A stretch of 61,418 nucleotides of DNA, counting the filler, from Candidatus Babelota bacterium (lineage in GTDB: Bacteria > JAGOBX01), in the NCBI GenBank assembly GCA_017999075.1. It is 10 parts of 10 records of this genome, joined end to end, with 100 filler letters (N's around TTAATTAATTAA, not from the genome) between each part and the next. Parts side by side here need not be neighbours in the genome. Positions count along the whole stretch, not along the records: positions 1 to 21,321 come from JAGOBX010000008.1; 9 more parts are not named here. One strand, written 5' to 3'. The translations under genes were made by a program, and so were the position numbers. The notes under the pieces were generated by a model. The model was given only the letters and a program-made list of their open reading frames with translations, was not told the DNA's origin and did not search any database. Shown here piece by piece: positions 1-9,570 of the stretch. Each line of letters begins with the position of its first letter. Position 1 is the first letter of the stretch.

Positions 1-1365
1 ATAATATTAAAAAATATCAGCGGATTATACTCAGCTACATATGCCTCAATATATTTAATTAATCAGAAGAATAAACTAAATTATTTTAAAGGGTTAAATG
101 CAGGAATAATAAATATTAAAAAAAATGTTATATTTAAAATGTTCATCAAAAAAAAACCGGAGTTAACAGATTATTCAGAAATTTTTGAAAAAAATGAGAT
201 TGATTTAACAATAAAAAAAAACCTTACTCCGTTTCATTTACTGGTTGCGCCAATGTTTATTAAAGAAAAAAATATCGGTGTTATTATATTATATAAAAAA
301 CACGAATTCACTTTACAGCAATTTTTATCGATTCAAATAATAAATTCTTTTCTCAGTCAATATTTTTTTTACAATAAACCTGTTTTAGAAAATCAAAATT
401 ATTATGAAAATGATTATTCCGAAGAAATAATTCATAAAAGTCCTGCAATGTCTAAAATAATACAAATAGCAAAAAAAGCAGCAGCAACAGATTCAACCAT
501 ATTGATTACAGGAGAAAGCGGCACAGGAAAAGAAGTACTTGCAAAATTCATTCATACTAACAGCCTTAGAAAACGGAACAGATTTGTGCCTGTATCATGC
601 ATTACGATCGCTCACGGACTCATTGAAAGCGAATTGTTCGGAAGCAAAAAAGGCGCTTTTACAGGAGCAGTATCAGATAAGAAAGGAAAATTCATGATTG
701 CAGATAGCGGCACTCTGTTTTTAGATGAAATTTCAGAAATAACCACGGACGTTCAGGTAAAGCTGCTTCGAGTAATACAGGAAAAAACAATTTCTCCACT
801 GGGCGATGAGAAAGATTATCCGGTGGATGTAAGAATAATAGCAGCCACAAACAAAAATCTTGAGATATTGATAGAATCAAATTTATTCAGAGAAGATTTG
901 TATTTCAGATTAAACGTAGTTAACATAACTCTCCCTCCTTTACGTGAAAGAAAAGAAGATATTCCTGATTTAATCCATTATTTTGAAAAGCAATATAATC
1001 TAATGTTCGGCAAGCAAACAGAATTTAGTCAAAGCGCTATCGAAAAAATTTCAAACAATTATTGGAGAGGCAATATTCGCGAACTTGAAAATTTCGTTGA
1101 ACGTACAATTCTGCTGGCTGATTCAAATAAAATAAAACATACTGACTTTAATTTAACCACCAAATCAGTTTCACGTGCAGTAAAAGACTTTTCAAATAAA
1201 AATATGACACTTTCCGAAGCAGAAAAAATTTTTAAAAAAAATTTTTTGTTCTCAAAACTTGAATCAAACAGATGGAACGTTACCAGCACCGCAAAACAGC
1301 TTGATATACAGAGAACTTATTTAAGCAGATTAATAAAAGAATTTTCTTTAAAAACAGAGAGATAA
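1..1365 (+). CDS. Sigma54-dependent enhancer-binding protein (GAF-like + AAA+ + Fis HTH), probably 5'-truncated by the window edge
   Basis: Walker A GESGTGKE, ESELFG, GAFTGA loop, LFLDEI, FREDLYFRLNV, WRGNIRELEN, C-terminal HTH. Frame is open from base 1 to the ATG at 139. Confidence 0.93.
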   Translation: MILKNISGLYSATYASIYLINQKNKLNYFKGLNAGIINIKKNVIFKMFIKKKPELTDYSEIFEKNEIDLTIKKNLTPFHLLVAPMFIKEKNIGVIILYKKHEFTLQQFLSIQIINSFLSQYFFYNKPVLENQNYYENDYSEEIIHKSPAMSKIIQIAKKAAATDSTILITGESGTGKEVLAKFIHTNSLRKRNRFVPVSCITIAHGLIESELFGSKKGAFTGAVSDKKGKFMIADSGTLFLDEISEITTDVQVKLLRVIQEKTISPLGDEKDYPVDVRIIAATNKNLEILIESNLFREDLYFRLNVVNITLPPLRERKEDIPDLIHYFEKQYNLMFGKQTEFSQSAIEKISNNYWRGNIRELENFVERTILLADSNKIKHTDFNLTTKSVSRAVKDFSNKNMTLSEAEKIFKKNFLFSKLESNRWNVTSTAKQLDIQRTYLSRLIKEFSLKTER

Positions 1366-1512
1366 ATAATTTATGTGTGATTGAATTGATTTTTTTTTAT
1401 GGAGTTATATAATCAGTTACAGTAATATAATAACAGACAAAAATAACTATAAATTACAGAATATAAAATTATTTTTATTTTTTATCATATATTTTTTGAA
1501 GGAGTTTTATAA

Positions 1513-2214
1513 ATGAGTATACATATTGGGGCAAAACCAGGAGAAATATCAGATTTTGTTTTAATGCCGGGAGATCCTCTCCGAGCAAAACTTATATCTG
1601 AAACATTATTTGAAAATTCTGTTTGTGTAAATCAGGTAAGAGGAATGTATGGTTTTACCGGTTATTATAAAGGAAGGAGGGTATCTGTTCAGGGATCAGG
1701 TATGGGAATGCCTTCAATGACAATTTATTCAACTGAATTAGTAAAAGATTACGGAGTTAAAACTATAATCAGAATCGGAACATGCGGATGCATTCAGGAA
1801 GACATAAAAGTAAGAGACATAATAATGGCTACTGCAGCTTCAACGGATTCAAACATAAACAACCTTAAATTTGAAAATAAAAATTTTGCTCCTGCTGCTT
1901 CTTTTGAACTTTTAAATAAATGTTATAATATCGCAAAAGCCGAAAATATAAGTATAAAGGCCGGAACTGTTCTTACATCAGACATTTTTTACGAAGATGA
2001 CAGAATGTTCTGGAAACTATGGGCTTCCTACGGAATAACAGCAGTTGAAATGGAAACTGCCGCATTATATACAGTAGCTGCAAAATATAAAATAAACGCG
2101 TTGTCAATATTGACAGTAAGTGATAACATAATAACCGGAGAAGCAACTTCTTCTGAAGAGCGTCAAAACAAATTTTTAGGAATGGCTGAATTAGCCTTAA
2201 AATTATCTTTATAA
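1513..2214 (+). CDS. deoD: Purine nucleoside phosphorylase, DeoD type
   Basis: MSIHIGAKPGEI, LMPGDPLRAK, GMGMPS, RIGTCG, VEMETAALY, ILTVSD; GGAG RBS at 1501. Confidence 0.96.
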   Translation: MSIHIGAKPGEISDFVLMPGDPLRAKLISETLFENSVCVNQVRGMYGFTGYYKGRRVSVQGSGMGMPSMTIYSTELVKDYGVKTIIRIGTCGCIQEDIKVRDIIMATAASTDSNINNLKFENKNFAPAASFELLNKCYNIAKAENISIKAGTVLTSDIFYEDDRMFWKLWASYGITAVEMETAALYTVAAKYKINALSILTVSDNIITGEATSSEERQNKFLGMAELALKLSL

Positions 2215-2227
2215 AAAAATTCAAATT

Positions 2228-3421
2228 ATGCAAACTGTAAATATAAAATTCTTTTATTCAAAACTTCACAAACAAAATGAAGTTGATACCATTAAAAACA
2301 CGATTTTATCGTTTTTATCAAACTATTTCAAAATTTCGGATGAACAGAGCAATGTAACAATTATATCCGTATTGACAGGAGGAGTTGAACAGGATGTAAT
2401 AAAATTTTTATCTGAAACAGAATTAATTCCTGTTATAATTGTTTACCATAACTCAGCCAACTCATTACCTGCAGTTCTTGAAATCACCACATATCTGAAA
2501 GAATTAAACCGTAAGGTAATCCCTATTCATTACGAAAATACAAGATTATTAAATAAAATAGTTTCTGTATCTTCAGCTGTAAATTCTCTAAAAAATTCAA
2601 ATATCGGAATAATAGGAACTCCTTCGGATTGGCTTATAGCAAGCACTGTTTCAGAAGATTATTTTAACAAAACAATAAAAAAATTAGTTACTATACAATT
2701 GTCTGAAATCTTTCAATTATTCGAACAAACCGACATTAAAGATACAGAAAAAGTATACGAAAAATTCAGCAGATTCGAATCTTATGTTGATAAAACAGAA
2801 TTATTGAAATCATTAAAAATGTATGTTGTATTAAAAAAAATAATAGAAAAATATAATCTAAATTGTTTCAGCATACGGTGTTTCGATGTACTCGAAAAAT
2901 ATAGAACTACAAGTTGTCTTGCTTTAAGTTTACTTAACAGCGAAGGCATTATATCAGGATGCGAAGGAGATATGCAATCATTGATGACTATGTATATTAC
3001 AAAACTTCTAACAGGAAAAATTCCGTTTATGGCAAATCCTTCTGCCGCTGATTTTATTGAAAACAAACTAACTTTAGCTCATTGCACCTGCGCAATCGAA
3101 CTTTTAAATCATAAACTTCTGAAAATCAACACGCATTTCGAATCAAATCTCGGGACAGCGGTTCAAGGCAGTCTTAAACAAGGGATATATACTCTGGTAA
3201 AATTCGGCGGAAAAAATATGCATAGAAGCTTTATATCCAGGGCCCGTACAATTGAGCATGAATGGTCAGGAAAGTTATGCAGAACTCAAACTGTTCTGTC
3301 TATAGACGAAGATTTAAAAAAATACATTTCAAATCCTATTGGAAACCATATGGTATTATTGGAAGACGATTGCACGGATATATTGAAATTATGGTATGAA
3401 TTATTCATTGATACTATTTGA
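2228..3421 (+). CDS. L-fucose/L-arabinose isomerase-like protein
   Basis: LTGGVE, NSLPAVLE, IRCF, GCEGD, FMANP, AHCT, THFES, LCRTQ, GNH motifs typical of the fucose-isomerase-related family. Confidence 0.75.
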   Translation: MQTVNIKFFYSKLHKQNEVDTIKNTILSFLSNYFKISDEQSNVTIISVLTGGVEQDVIKFLSETELIPVIIVYHNSANSLPAVLEITTYLKELNRKVIPIHYENTRLLNKIVSVSSAVNSLKNSNIGIIGTPSDWLIASTVSEDYFNKTIKKLVTIQLSEIFQLFEQTDIKDTEKVYEKFSRFESYVDKTELLKSLKMYVVLKKIIEKYNLNCFSIRCFDVLEKYRTTSCLALSLLNSEGIISGCEGDMQSLMTMYITKLLTGKIPFMANPSAADFIENKLTLAHCTCAIELLNHKLLKINTHFESNLGTAVQGSLKQGIYTLVKFGGKNMHRSFISRARTIEHEWSGKLCRTQTVLSIDEDLKKYISNPIGNHMVLLEDDCTDILKLWYELFIDTI

Positions 3422-3433
3422 TTTTAGGGTTTA

Positions 3434-4378
3434 TTGTTTCACAAAAAAATGAAAAAAATTATAGATCATTCCAAAATAACATTGCTGTTTGATATAAAAA
3501 ACGTAGCGCGTTTAATATTACAAAATATTTTAAATGAATGCAATTGTGATAAAGGAATGCTGCTTTTTTTAAATATAAAAAAAAACACCTATAACATAAT
3601 CGAATATTCCGGGTTTTCAGCAAAACAATTTTATGATTTAAAAATTGATTTGAGTTTTCTGGATAAAACCCCTGTTCAGGAAGAATTTACAAAATCTCAT
3701 AAAAACAAGATTTTTGAAACAATATCCAAAAACATGATCAATGATCTTGAAAAAATATTAATATTCCCGATAAATTTCAATTCAGGAAGGCGTCTTGGTT
3801 TTTTAATATTATTAGCTGATGGTAAAAAAAAATTAAATAATGATATTACCGAAATATGCCGTAACCATATTCAAATTTTAGTAAACAACATCAATTCTGA
3901 TTCTGTTGATAAAATAGGCGAATTTGATATGTTTGATTCTACGACTCAACTGTACAACCAGGATTTTCTATACGAAAATTTATACAGAAAAATTATTGAA
4001 TCAGAACGGACAAATTCGAAATTTTCACTGGCGTTAATTGAAATCAAAAATTTTAATGAAATACTTTCAAACAAACAGAACTTAAGCAATGTAATATTAA
4101 AAAGTTTAAGCGGATTCCTAAAAAAAAATTTGAGAAAAATTGATATTCTGGCAATGTTGTATAACGCAATTATTTCGATAATATTCGCTGATATGGATCA
4201 TGATAAAACATTAAAAAAATTAGAAGAACTGAAAATCAAACTTTCATCTGTTAATTTAACAGACGAAAATAATAACCCTCTTCCAAAAATCGAAATGATT
4301 TACGGTATAGCCGAATATCCTGATTCGGGAAAAAATTGTGAAATGCTTATAAGAAGCGCTATTAAATCGATAGTATAA
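3434..4378 (+). CDS. GAF-like + degenerate GGDEF-fold protein (probably catalytically inactive)
   Basis: DSTTQLYNQ, FSLALIEIKNF, LRKIDIL and YGIAEYPDSG match the GGDEF fold; the GGDEF signature position reads MLYNAII. Confidence 0.75.
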   Translation: MFHKKMKKIIDHSKITLLFDIKNVARLILQNILNECNCDKGMLLFLNIKKNTYNIIEYSGFSAKQFYDLKIDLSFLDKTPVQEEFTKSHKNKIFETISKNMINDLEKILIFPINFNSGRRLGFLILLADGKKKLNNDITEICRNHIQILVNNINSDSVDKIGEFDMFDSTTQLYNQDFLYENLYRKIIESERTNSKFSLALIEIKNFNEILSNKQNLSNVILKSLSGFLKKNLRKIDILAMLYNAIISIIFADMDHDKTLKKLEELKIKLSSVNLTDENNNPLPKIEMIYGIAEYPDSGKNCEMLIRSAIKSIV

Positions 4379-4430
4379 TTTTTCACTATATAAAACTTTT
4401 AATTTAATCGGACCGGGAGGAAACAAAATT

Positions 4431-4805
4431 ATGGGTATTCCAACAATGATGGCAGGTTCAATACGCAACATTTTGTTAGGCGCTATTGAAGTTAAACGGG
4501 ATGAATTCAAATCCGGAAAATCTATTGATACAATTATTGAAGAACTTAAAAACGATGGTTTTTCAGAACACAATATTAAACGAATTGCAGTTGAAGTACA
4601 GGATAAACCTATACCCGATGATTTTGATTCAGACATAATAAAAGACAGTTATAATATAAAGGAAAACACTGTAAAACTTATTCTATGCGAAAGTTTAGGA
4701 TTAAAAATTCAAGATGTTGTCAGGTTCAAAGGCCGCGACTGGGTAGTACAACAAATCAACGAATTCGGAAACGAATGTGAAATGCTTATAAAATTTTATG
4801 GATAA
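4431..4805 (+). CDS. Hypothetical protein
   Basis: 124-aa ORF with GGGAGG RBS; overlaps the kdsB start. Confidence 0.7.
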   Translation: MGIPTMMAGSIRNILLGAIEVKRDEFKSGKSIDTIIEELKNDGFSEHNIKRIAVEVQDKPIPDDFDSDIIKDSYNIKENTVKLILCESLGLKIQDVVRFKGRDWVVQQINEFGNECEMLIKFYG

Positions 4806-5586
4806 AAAAAAACCTTTGAATGATCAATATAAAATTATAGCGGTCTTACCTGCAAGATACGGTTCTACAAGGCTGCCCGGAAAGCCATTAATTAAAATCA
4901 ACGGGAAACCTGTTATACAATATGTTTATGAAAACATATCAAATTCAAAAATGATTGACGAAGTAGTGGTTGCTACTGATGATTCAAGAATATTTGACGA
5001 AACACTTAAATTCGGCGGAAAAGCTGTTATGACTCCGTCAGAATGCAAATCCGGAACTGACCGCATTGTTTATACTATAAAAAATTGCGGGTTTAATAAT
5101 TACGATATCATAGTAAATGTTCAGGGCGACGAACCTCTTTTAAAATGCAGTGATGTGGAATCAGTAATATTGCGTTTAATAAAAAATGATTCGGATATAT
5201 CAACTCTTGCGATAAAATTCAAAAATATTTCCGATGTTAAAAACCCGAATCATGTTAAAGCTGTTTTAGATAAAAATTTCAATGCTTTGTATTTTTCCAG
5301 AAATGTAATACCTTATCCGCGAGATTCTGAAATAATTCCTGAAAATTATTATAAGCATATCGGTGTTTATGTTTTTAAAAAACATGTTCTTCTAAAATTC
5401 GAAACTTTACCGGATTCTATTCTCGAACACACTGAAAAACTCGAGCAGTTAAGACTTCTTGAAAGCGGTTATAAAATAAGCGTTGCTGTTACTGAAAACG
5501 AAACTATAGGAATAGACACACCTGAAGACGTAGAAAAATTTAATTTTTTAATTAATTCACAAAATAAAAAACAGTATGATTTATAA
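4798..5586 (+). CDS. kdsB: 3-deoxy-manno-octulosonate cytidylyltransferase
   Basis: PARYGSTRLPGKPL, VATDD, SGTDR, VNVQGDEP, ALYFSR, KHIGVY, LEQLRLLE, IDTPED. Confidence 0.96.
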   Translation: MDKKKPLNDQYKIIAVLPARYGSTRLPGKPLIKINGKPVIQYVYENISNSKMIDEVVVATDDSRIFDETLKFGGKAVMTPSECKSGTDRIVYTIKNCGFNNYDIIVNVQGDEPLLKCSDVESVILRLIKNDSDISTLAIKFKNISDVKNPNHVKAVLDKNFNALYFSRNVIPYPRDSEIIPENYYKHIGVYVFKKHVLLKFETLPDSILEHTEKLEQLRLLESGYKISVAVTENETIGIDTPEDVEKFNFLINSQNKKQYDL

Positions 5587-6415
5587 CAAAATCTGCGGTA
5601 TATTCGGAAATCCTGTAAGTCACTCGCTTTCCCCTTTGATTCATAATCATTTATTTAATAAATACAATTATAATTATGAATACGAAGCATTTGAAATATA
5701 TGATATTGAAACAGCAGTAAAACTTATAAGGACAGAAAAAATGCGGGGCGTAAGCATTACAATACCTTTCAAAGTTAAAGTAATAAAATATTTGGATGAA
5801 ATAACTGATTTATCGAAAAAAATAGGCGCAGTAAATACAATAATTAATGAAAATGGAAAACTTATAGGAGATAATACCGACGCTTACGGAGTATCTCAGA
5901 CATTTAAAAAAAGAAACATATTTCTATCAGGAAAAAATATAGTTATACTCGGAATAGGCGGCGCTGCTAAATCAGTTGTATATTCCATATTAAATGATTT
6001 CGATATAAATTCTTTAAAACTTATTGCAAGGAACAATGATAAATTAATAGATTTTTCCAAAGAAATTTTGGATAAAACCGGGTTTAACAATATTACTTGC
6101 ATGAATTTCGAAAATGAAACATATAGTGTTGAAATGGAGGATGATATTATTATAAACGCATCTTCGGCAGGCATGACCCCAAACATTAACGAATCTTTAA
6201 TTAACGAAAAAAAATCTTATTACAATAATGAAAAAATTTTTTTCGATGTTATTTATAATCCTGAAAAAACACTGATGCTGAAAACCGCAGAATCAAAAGG
6301 CTCTCAAATCATTAATGGAATGGACATGTTTATTTATCAGGCTATGCGTCAGCACATTTTATGGACAGGAAACAATAAAATAAAATACGAAGATATTTCA
6401 AGTATCTTATTTTAA
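5576..6415 (+). CDS. aroE: Shikimate dehydrogenase
   Basis: GNPVSHSLSP, TIPFK, IGAVNT, NTD, GIGGAA, DVIYNP, GMDMFIYQA. Confidence 0.95.
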   Translation: MIYNKICGIFGNPVSHSLSPLIHNHLFNKYNYNYEYEAFEIYDIETAVKLIRTEKMRGVSITIPFKVKVIKYLDEITDLSKKIGAVNTIINENGKLIGDNTDAYGVSQTFKKRNIFLSGKNIVILGIGGAAKSVVYSILNDFDINSLKLIARNNDKLIDFSKEILDKTGFNNITCMNFENETYSVEMEDDIIINASSAGMTPNINESLINEKKSYYNNEKIFFDVIYNPEKTLMLKTAESKGSQIINGMDMFIYQAMRQHILWTGNNKIKYEDISSILF

Positions 6416-6449
6416 AATTAAAATATAACCTTTTTTAAAAACTGATATT

Positions 6450-8561
6450 TTATATAAAACGCGATTTTCTAATTTCAGCAATAATATCTTTTATCTGCTG
6501 AAACTCAAATGGCTTCTGAATAAACGAATACGCTCCGGTCTGTTTTATATTTTCTATCTCAAGTCCTATCTGCCCTGAAATAAAAACTATAGGAATTGAT
6601 TTTATTTTTTTGATTTCTCTGAATATTTCTTCTCCTTTCATATCTGGAAGCAGCATATCAAGAAATATCAGATCAAAATCATTTTTCAAAACTAATTTTA
6701 CAGCCTGTTTGCCTCTTTCACAAACAATAGTATCACAATTATTTATTTGCAATATTTTCTTCATTGACCTTAAAAATTCAGGTTCATCATCAACAATCAA
6801 AACTTTCAAAGGAATTTCATCATTTATTATCTGTTCATTGTTATTTTTTTCATTATCAAAACTATGCTGAATATTCGAATATCCCGCAGGTAAAACTATT
6901 ACAAACTTAGTTCCTTCTCCTTCTGTGCTTTCAGCATAAATTCTACCGGAATGATTTTCTATTATCATAAAAGTAACTGAAAGCCCTAATCCTGTACCTT
7001 TAATATTCAAATTATCTTTAGCAAATGCTCCTTTTGTAGTAAAAAACGGGGTAAATATTTTTAATTTGGTTTCGTCATCCATTCCAATTCCTGTATCGCT
7101 TATTGAAATATAAACCTCTTCTTCTTTTAAATAAGTCTTAATTGTTATTAATCCTTTTCCTTTAGGCAAAATAGCATGACGCGCATTTATTATTAAATTC
7201 AGGAAAACCTGTTCAATCTGTCCTGGATCAACATATATTTTTTCAGAATTCGAATAATCAGTCAAAACAGTTATATTTTCAAGTTCCAACTGTTGTTTCT
7301 GAAGTTTTATAACCGAATCTATTATATCTTCAATTTTAATTAATTCTTTTTTAGGAGGAACAGGTTTAGCAAAACTCATCATATACTCAACAATTTTTTT
7401 CCCACGTAAAATTGCGTTTTCAATTGCTTTCAGCGATCCTTTCGAATCATCCGACAACTTATTATTATCCTCCATAACAATAAGTTTAGCGCTTGTGTAA
7501 GCAATTGCCAAAATATTATTAAATTCATGAGCAATACCTGCAGCAAGCTGACCTATAGCGGATAATTTTTCCGAATGTATCAATTGTTCCTGAAGTTTTA
7601 TTCTTTCATTTTCCAGCCTTTTCAATTCTGTTATATCCGTTGATATTCCGCATAATCCGTAAACTTCTCCTGATTCATTTTTAAGAGGAATTTTTATTAC
7701 CCAATAAGTGCGGGGGGTGTTTTCAGGAGAAGACAAATTGGTTTCTTCTCTAATAATTTTATCTCCGCATTCAATTACAGGTTTATCACTTTTCAATATT
7801 TCTTCAACCGAACTTTTATCAAAAAAATCATCGTCTTTTTTCCCTACAATATCACAAAGCGTTTTACCGAAAAGCTCACATACTTTTTTATTGGCATACG
7901 TATAGCGATAATTTCTATCTTTAACAAAAATATAAGATTCAACATTATTTAGAACATCGTTAAGAAAATCCTGATTTTCTTTCAATTTTTTTTCCGAAAA
8001 ATTTCTTTTTTCCTGATCTGATAAAAGCAATCCGAGAAAAACAGTGCCTAAAGGATAAAGAATCATTACAGGCAATGAAATATTTTTCAATACGCTAAAT
8101 GCAATTTCTTTAGGCAGAGTCAGCATCCAAAGCAGCATAAAAATATGAGTAATTATCCCTAAAAAATAAAAATGATAATACTTAAGTTCAGATACATTTT
8201 TTTTTAAATTTCTAAATATTATTCCTGTTGCCGCTGAAGTAAAAATAACGCATATTCCAGTAAATACTCCGCTTCCGCCTATATGCCATCTATAAATTGA
8301 AGTCATTATTGCAGCTATTCCGGCAGGAATTATTCCACCAAATAATCCAGCCATACTTAATACAATAGAACGTCCGTCAAAAATAACTCCTTTGCTGAAA
8401 TTAATCGGAGTTATCATTCCTATAACAGCAATACTGCCGAATATTATCCCTGATAAAATTCTACTTGTATTTCCAGTCTTTTTGCCTTTATTAATAATAA
8501 AACCATAAAGAATGCTTAATGCCAATAGCAATGCTATATTTCTGACATATTCTAAAAACAT
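6450..8561 (-). CDS. Hybrid sensor histidine kinase (5TM-5TMR_LYT-like membrane domain, PAS, HisKA, HATPase, receiver)
   Basis: GVIFDGR in a multi-TM N-terminus, PAS/PAC (FVKD...GISTDITE), H-box AHEFNN, N-box NLIINA, GTGLGL, receiver LIVDDE/FLDM/KPF. Confidence 0.93.
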   Translation of the reverse strand: MFLEYVRNIALLLALSILYGFIINKGKKTGNTSRILSGIIFGSIAVIGMITPINFSKGVIFDGRSIVLSMAGLFGGIIPAGIAAIMTSIYRWHIGGSGVFTGICVIFTSAATGIIFRNLKKNVSELKYYHFYFLGIITHIFMLLWMLTLPKEIAFSVLKNISLPVMILYPLGTVFLGLLLSDQEKRNFSEKKLKENQDFLNDVLNNVESYIFVKDRNYRYTYANKKVCELFGKTLCDIVGKKDDDFFDKSSVEEILKSDKPVIECGDKIIREETNLSSPENTPRTYWVIKIPLKNESGEVYGLCGISTDITELKRLENERIKLQEQLIHSEKLSAIGQLAAGIAHEFNNILAIAYTSAKLIVMEDNNKLSDDSKGSLKAIENAILRGKKIVEYMMSFAKPVPPKKELIKIEDIIDSVIKLQKQQLELENITVLTDYSNSEKIYVDPGQIEQVFLNLIINARHAILPKGKGLITIKTYLKEEEVYISISDTGIGMDDETKLKIFTPFFTTKGAFAKDNLNIKGTGLGLSVTFMIIENHSGRIYAESTEGEGTKFVIVLPAGYSNIQHSFDNEKNNNEQIINDEIPLKVLIVDDEPEFLRSMKKILQINNCDTIVCERGKQAVKLVLKNDFDLIFLDMLLPDMKGEEIFREIKKIKSIPIVFISGQIGLEIENIKQTGAYSFIQKPFEFQQIKDIIAEIRKSRFI

Positions 8562-8643
8562 TTCAATCCTCGAAACTTGCTTTTCATTTTTTTAATTTAC
8601 ATGCTCAATACAGAAGAGAATTAATGCATTGTCAATATGACGT

Positions 8644-9570
8644 TTATTCTATTATAGGATTCCTATTAAATTTTTTCAAGAAAAAATTCTTATATTTTTC
8701 AATTTTTAATTCTAATAAAACTGATTGTCTAAGTATTTTAAATGCGTATGCGCAAACCAGCTCATCATCATTTGAATAAAAAATATTTTCAATTTCAGTT
8801 ATATAGCTGCCTGATATATTAAACGAACTTAATATTCTCAACAAATATCTCAGTTCATACTTATCCGCATTATTTATTTTTTCAAAAATAAAAGGAATTA
8901 CAATTTCAGAATCCATTTTTTGAACGGATTCAACTGCTGAAAATCTTAAATAAAAATATGAATCGGACAAATGCGAAAACAACAAATCTAATAATCCAGT
9001 ATCCTGTTCTGAATTCGTATCCGATAATTTACCTAATGATACAATAGCTGACTTTTTTACCATATTGTTTGTATCGTAAGTAAGGTGTTTCAATTTATTT
9101 ATTATATTGGAATCAGTAAATTTAATTTTACCTAATGCCATAGCCGCTACATTTCTTAATTGAACATGTTTGCTATCCAGAAGCCCTGAAATTTTTTCAA
9201 CTGCTGAAGTGTCTCCGATATCTCCGAGAACTTCAACTATTATAAGGTTTCCTGTGGTTAAAGTATCAGAAATATAATCTGTAAGAAACTTTACTGCAGG
9301 TTTTCCGATTTGAACAAGAAGGCTGCGTATTTCCCATAATGTCCTGCTGTTTACAGTGTCGAGATGATTCAGCATATATTCTATTGATCTGGTGTCGCCT
9401 GCTAAAATACCTTTGGCCCAACCTGAAAATTTATTATTTGACAGATGAGGATTTACAAAATAACTAATAATCTCATTGTAATCATCCGCATTGTATTCTT
9501 CTGAATATAACTGAGAAGGCGAAACAGCGGCACAAAAAAAAATTAAAAAAACAAACAGTTTATTTATCAT
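8644..9570 (-). CDS. Secreted HEAT-repeat protein
   Basis: Signal peptide; LGDIGD, RNVAAMALGKI and VKKSAIVSLGKL PBS-lyase/HEAT-type repeats. Confidence 0.8.
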   Translation of the reverse strand: MINKLFVFLIFFCAAVSPSQLYSEEYNADDYNEIISYFVNPHLSNNKFSGWAKGILAGDTRSIEYMLNHLDTVNSRTLWEIRSLLVQIGKPAVKFLTDYISDTLTTGNLIIVEVLGDIGDTSAVEKISGLLDSKHVQLRNVAAMALGKIKFTDSNIINKLKHLTYDTNNMVKKSAIVSLGKLSDTNSEQDTGLLDLLFSHLSDSYFYLRFSAVESVQKMDSEIVIPFIFEKINNADKYELRYLLRILSSFNISGSYITEIENIFYSNDDELVCAYAFKILRQSVLLELKIEKYKNFFLKKFNRNPIIE

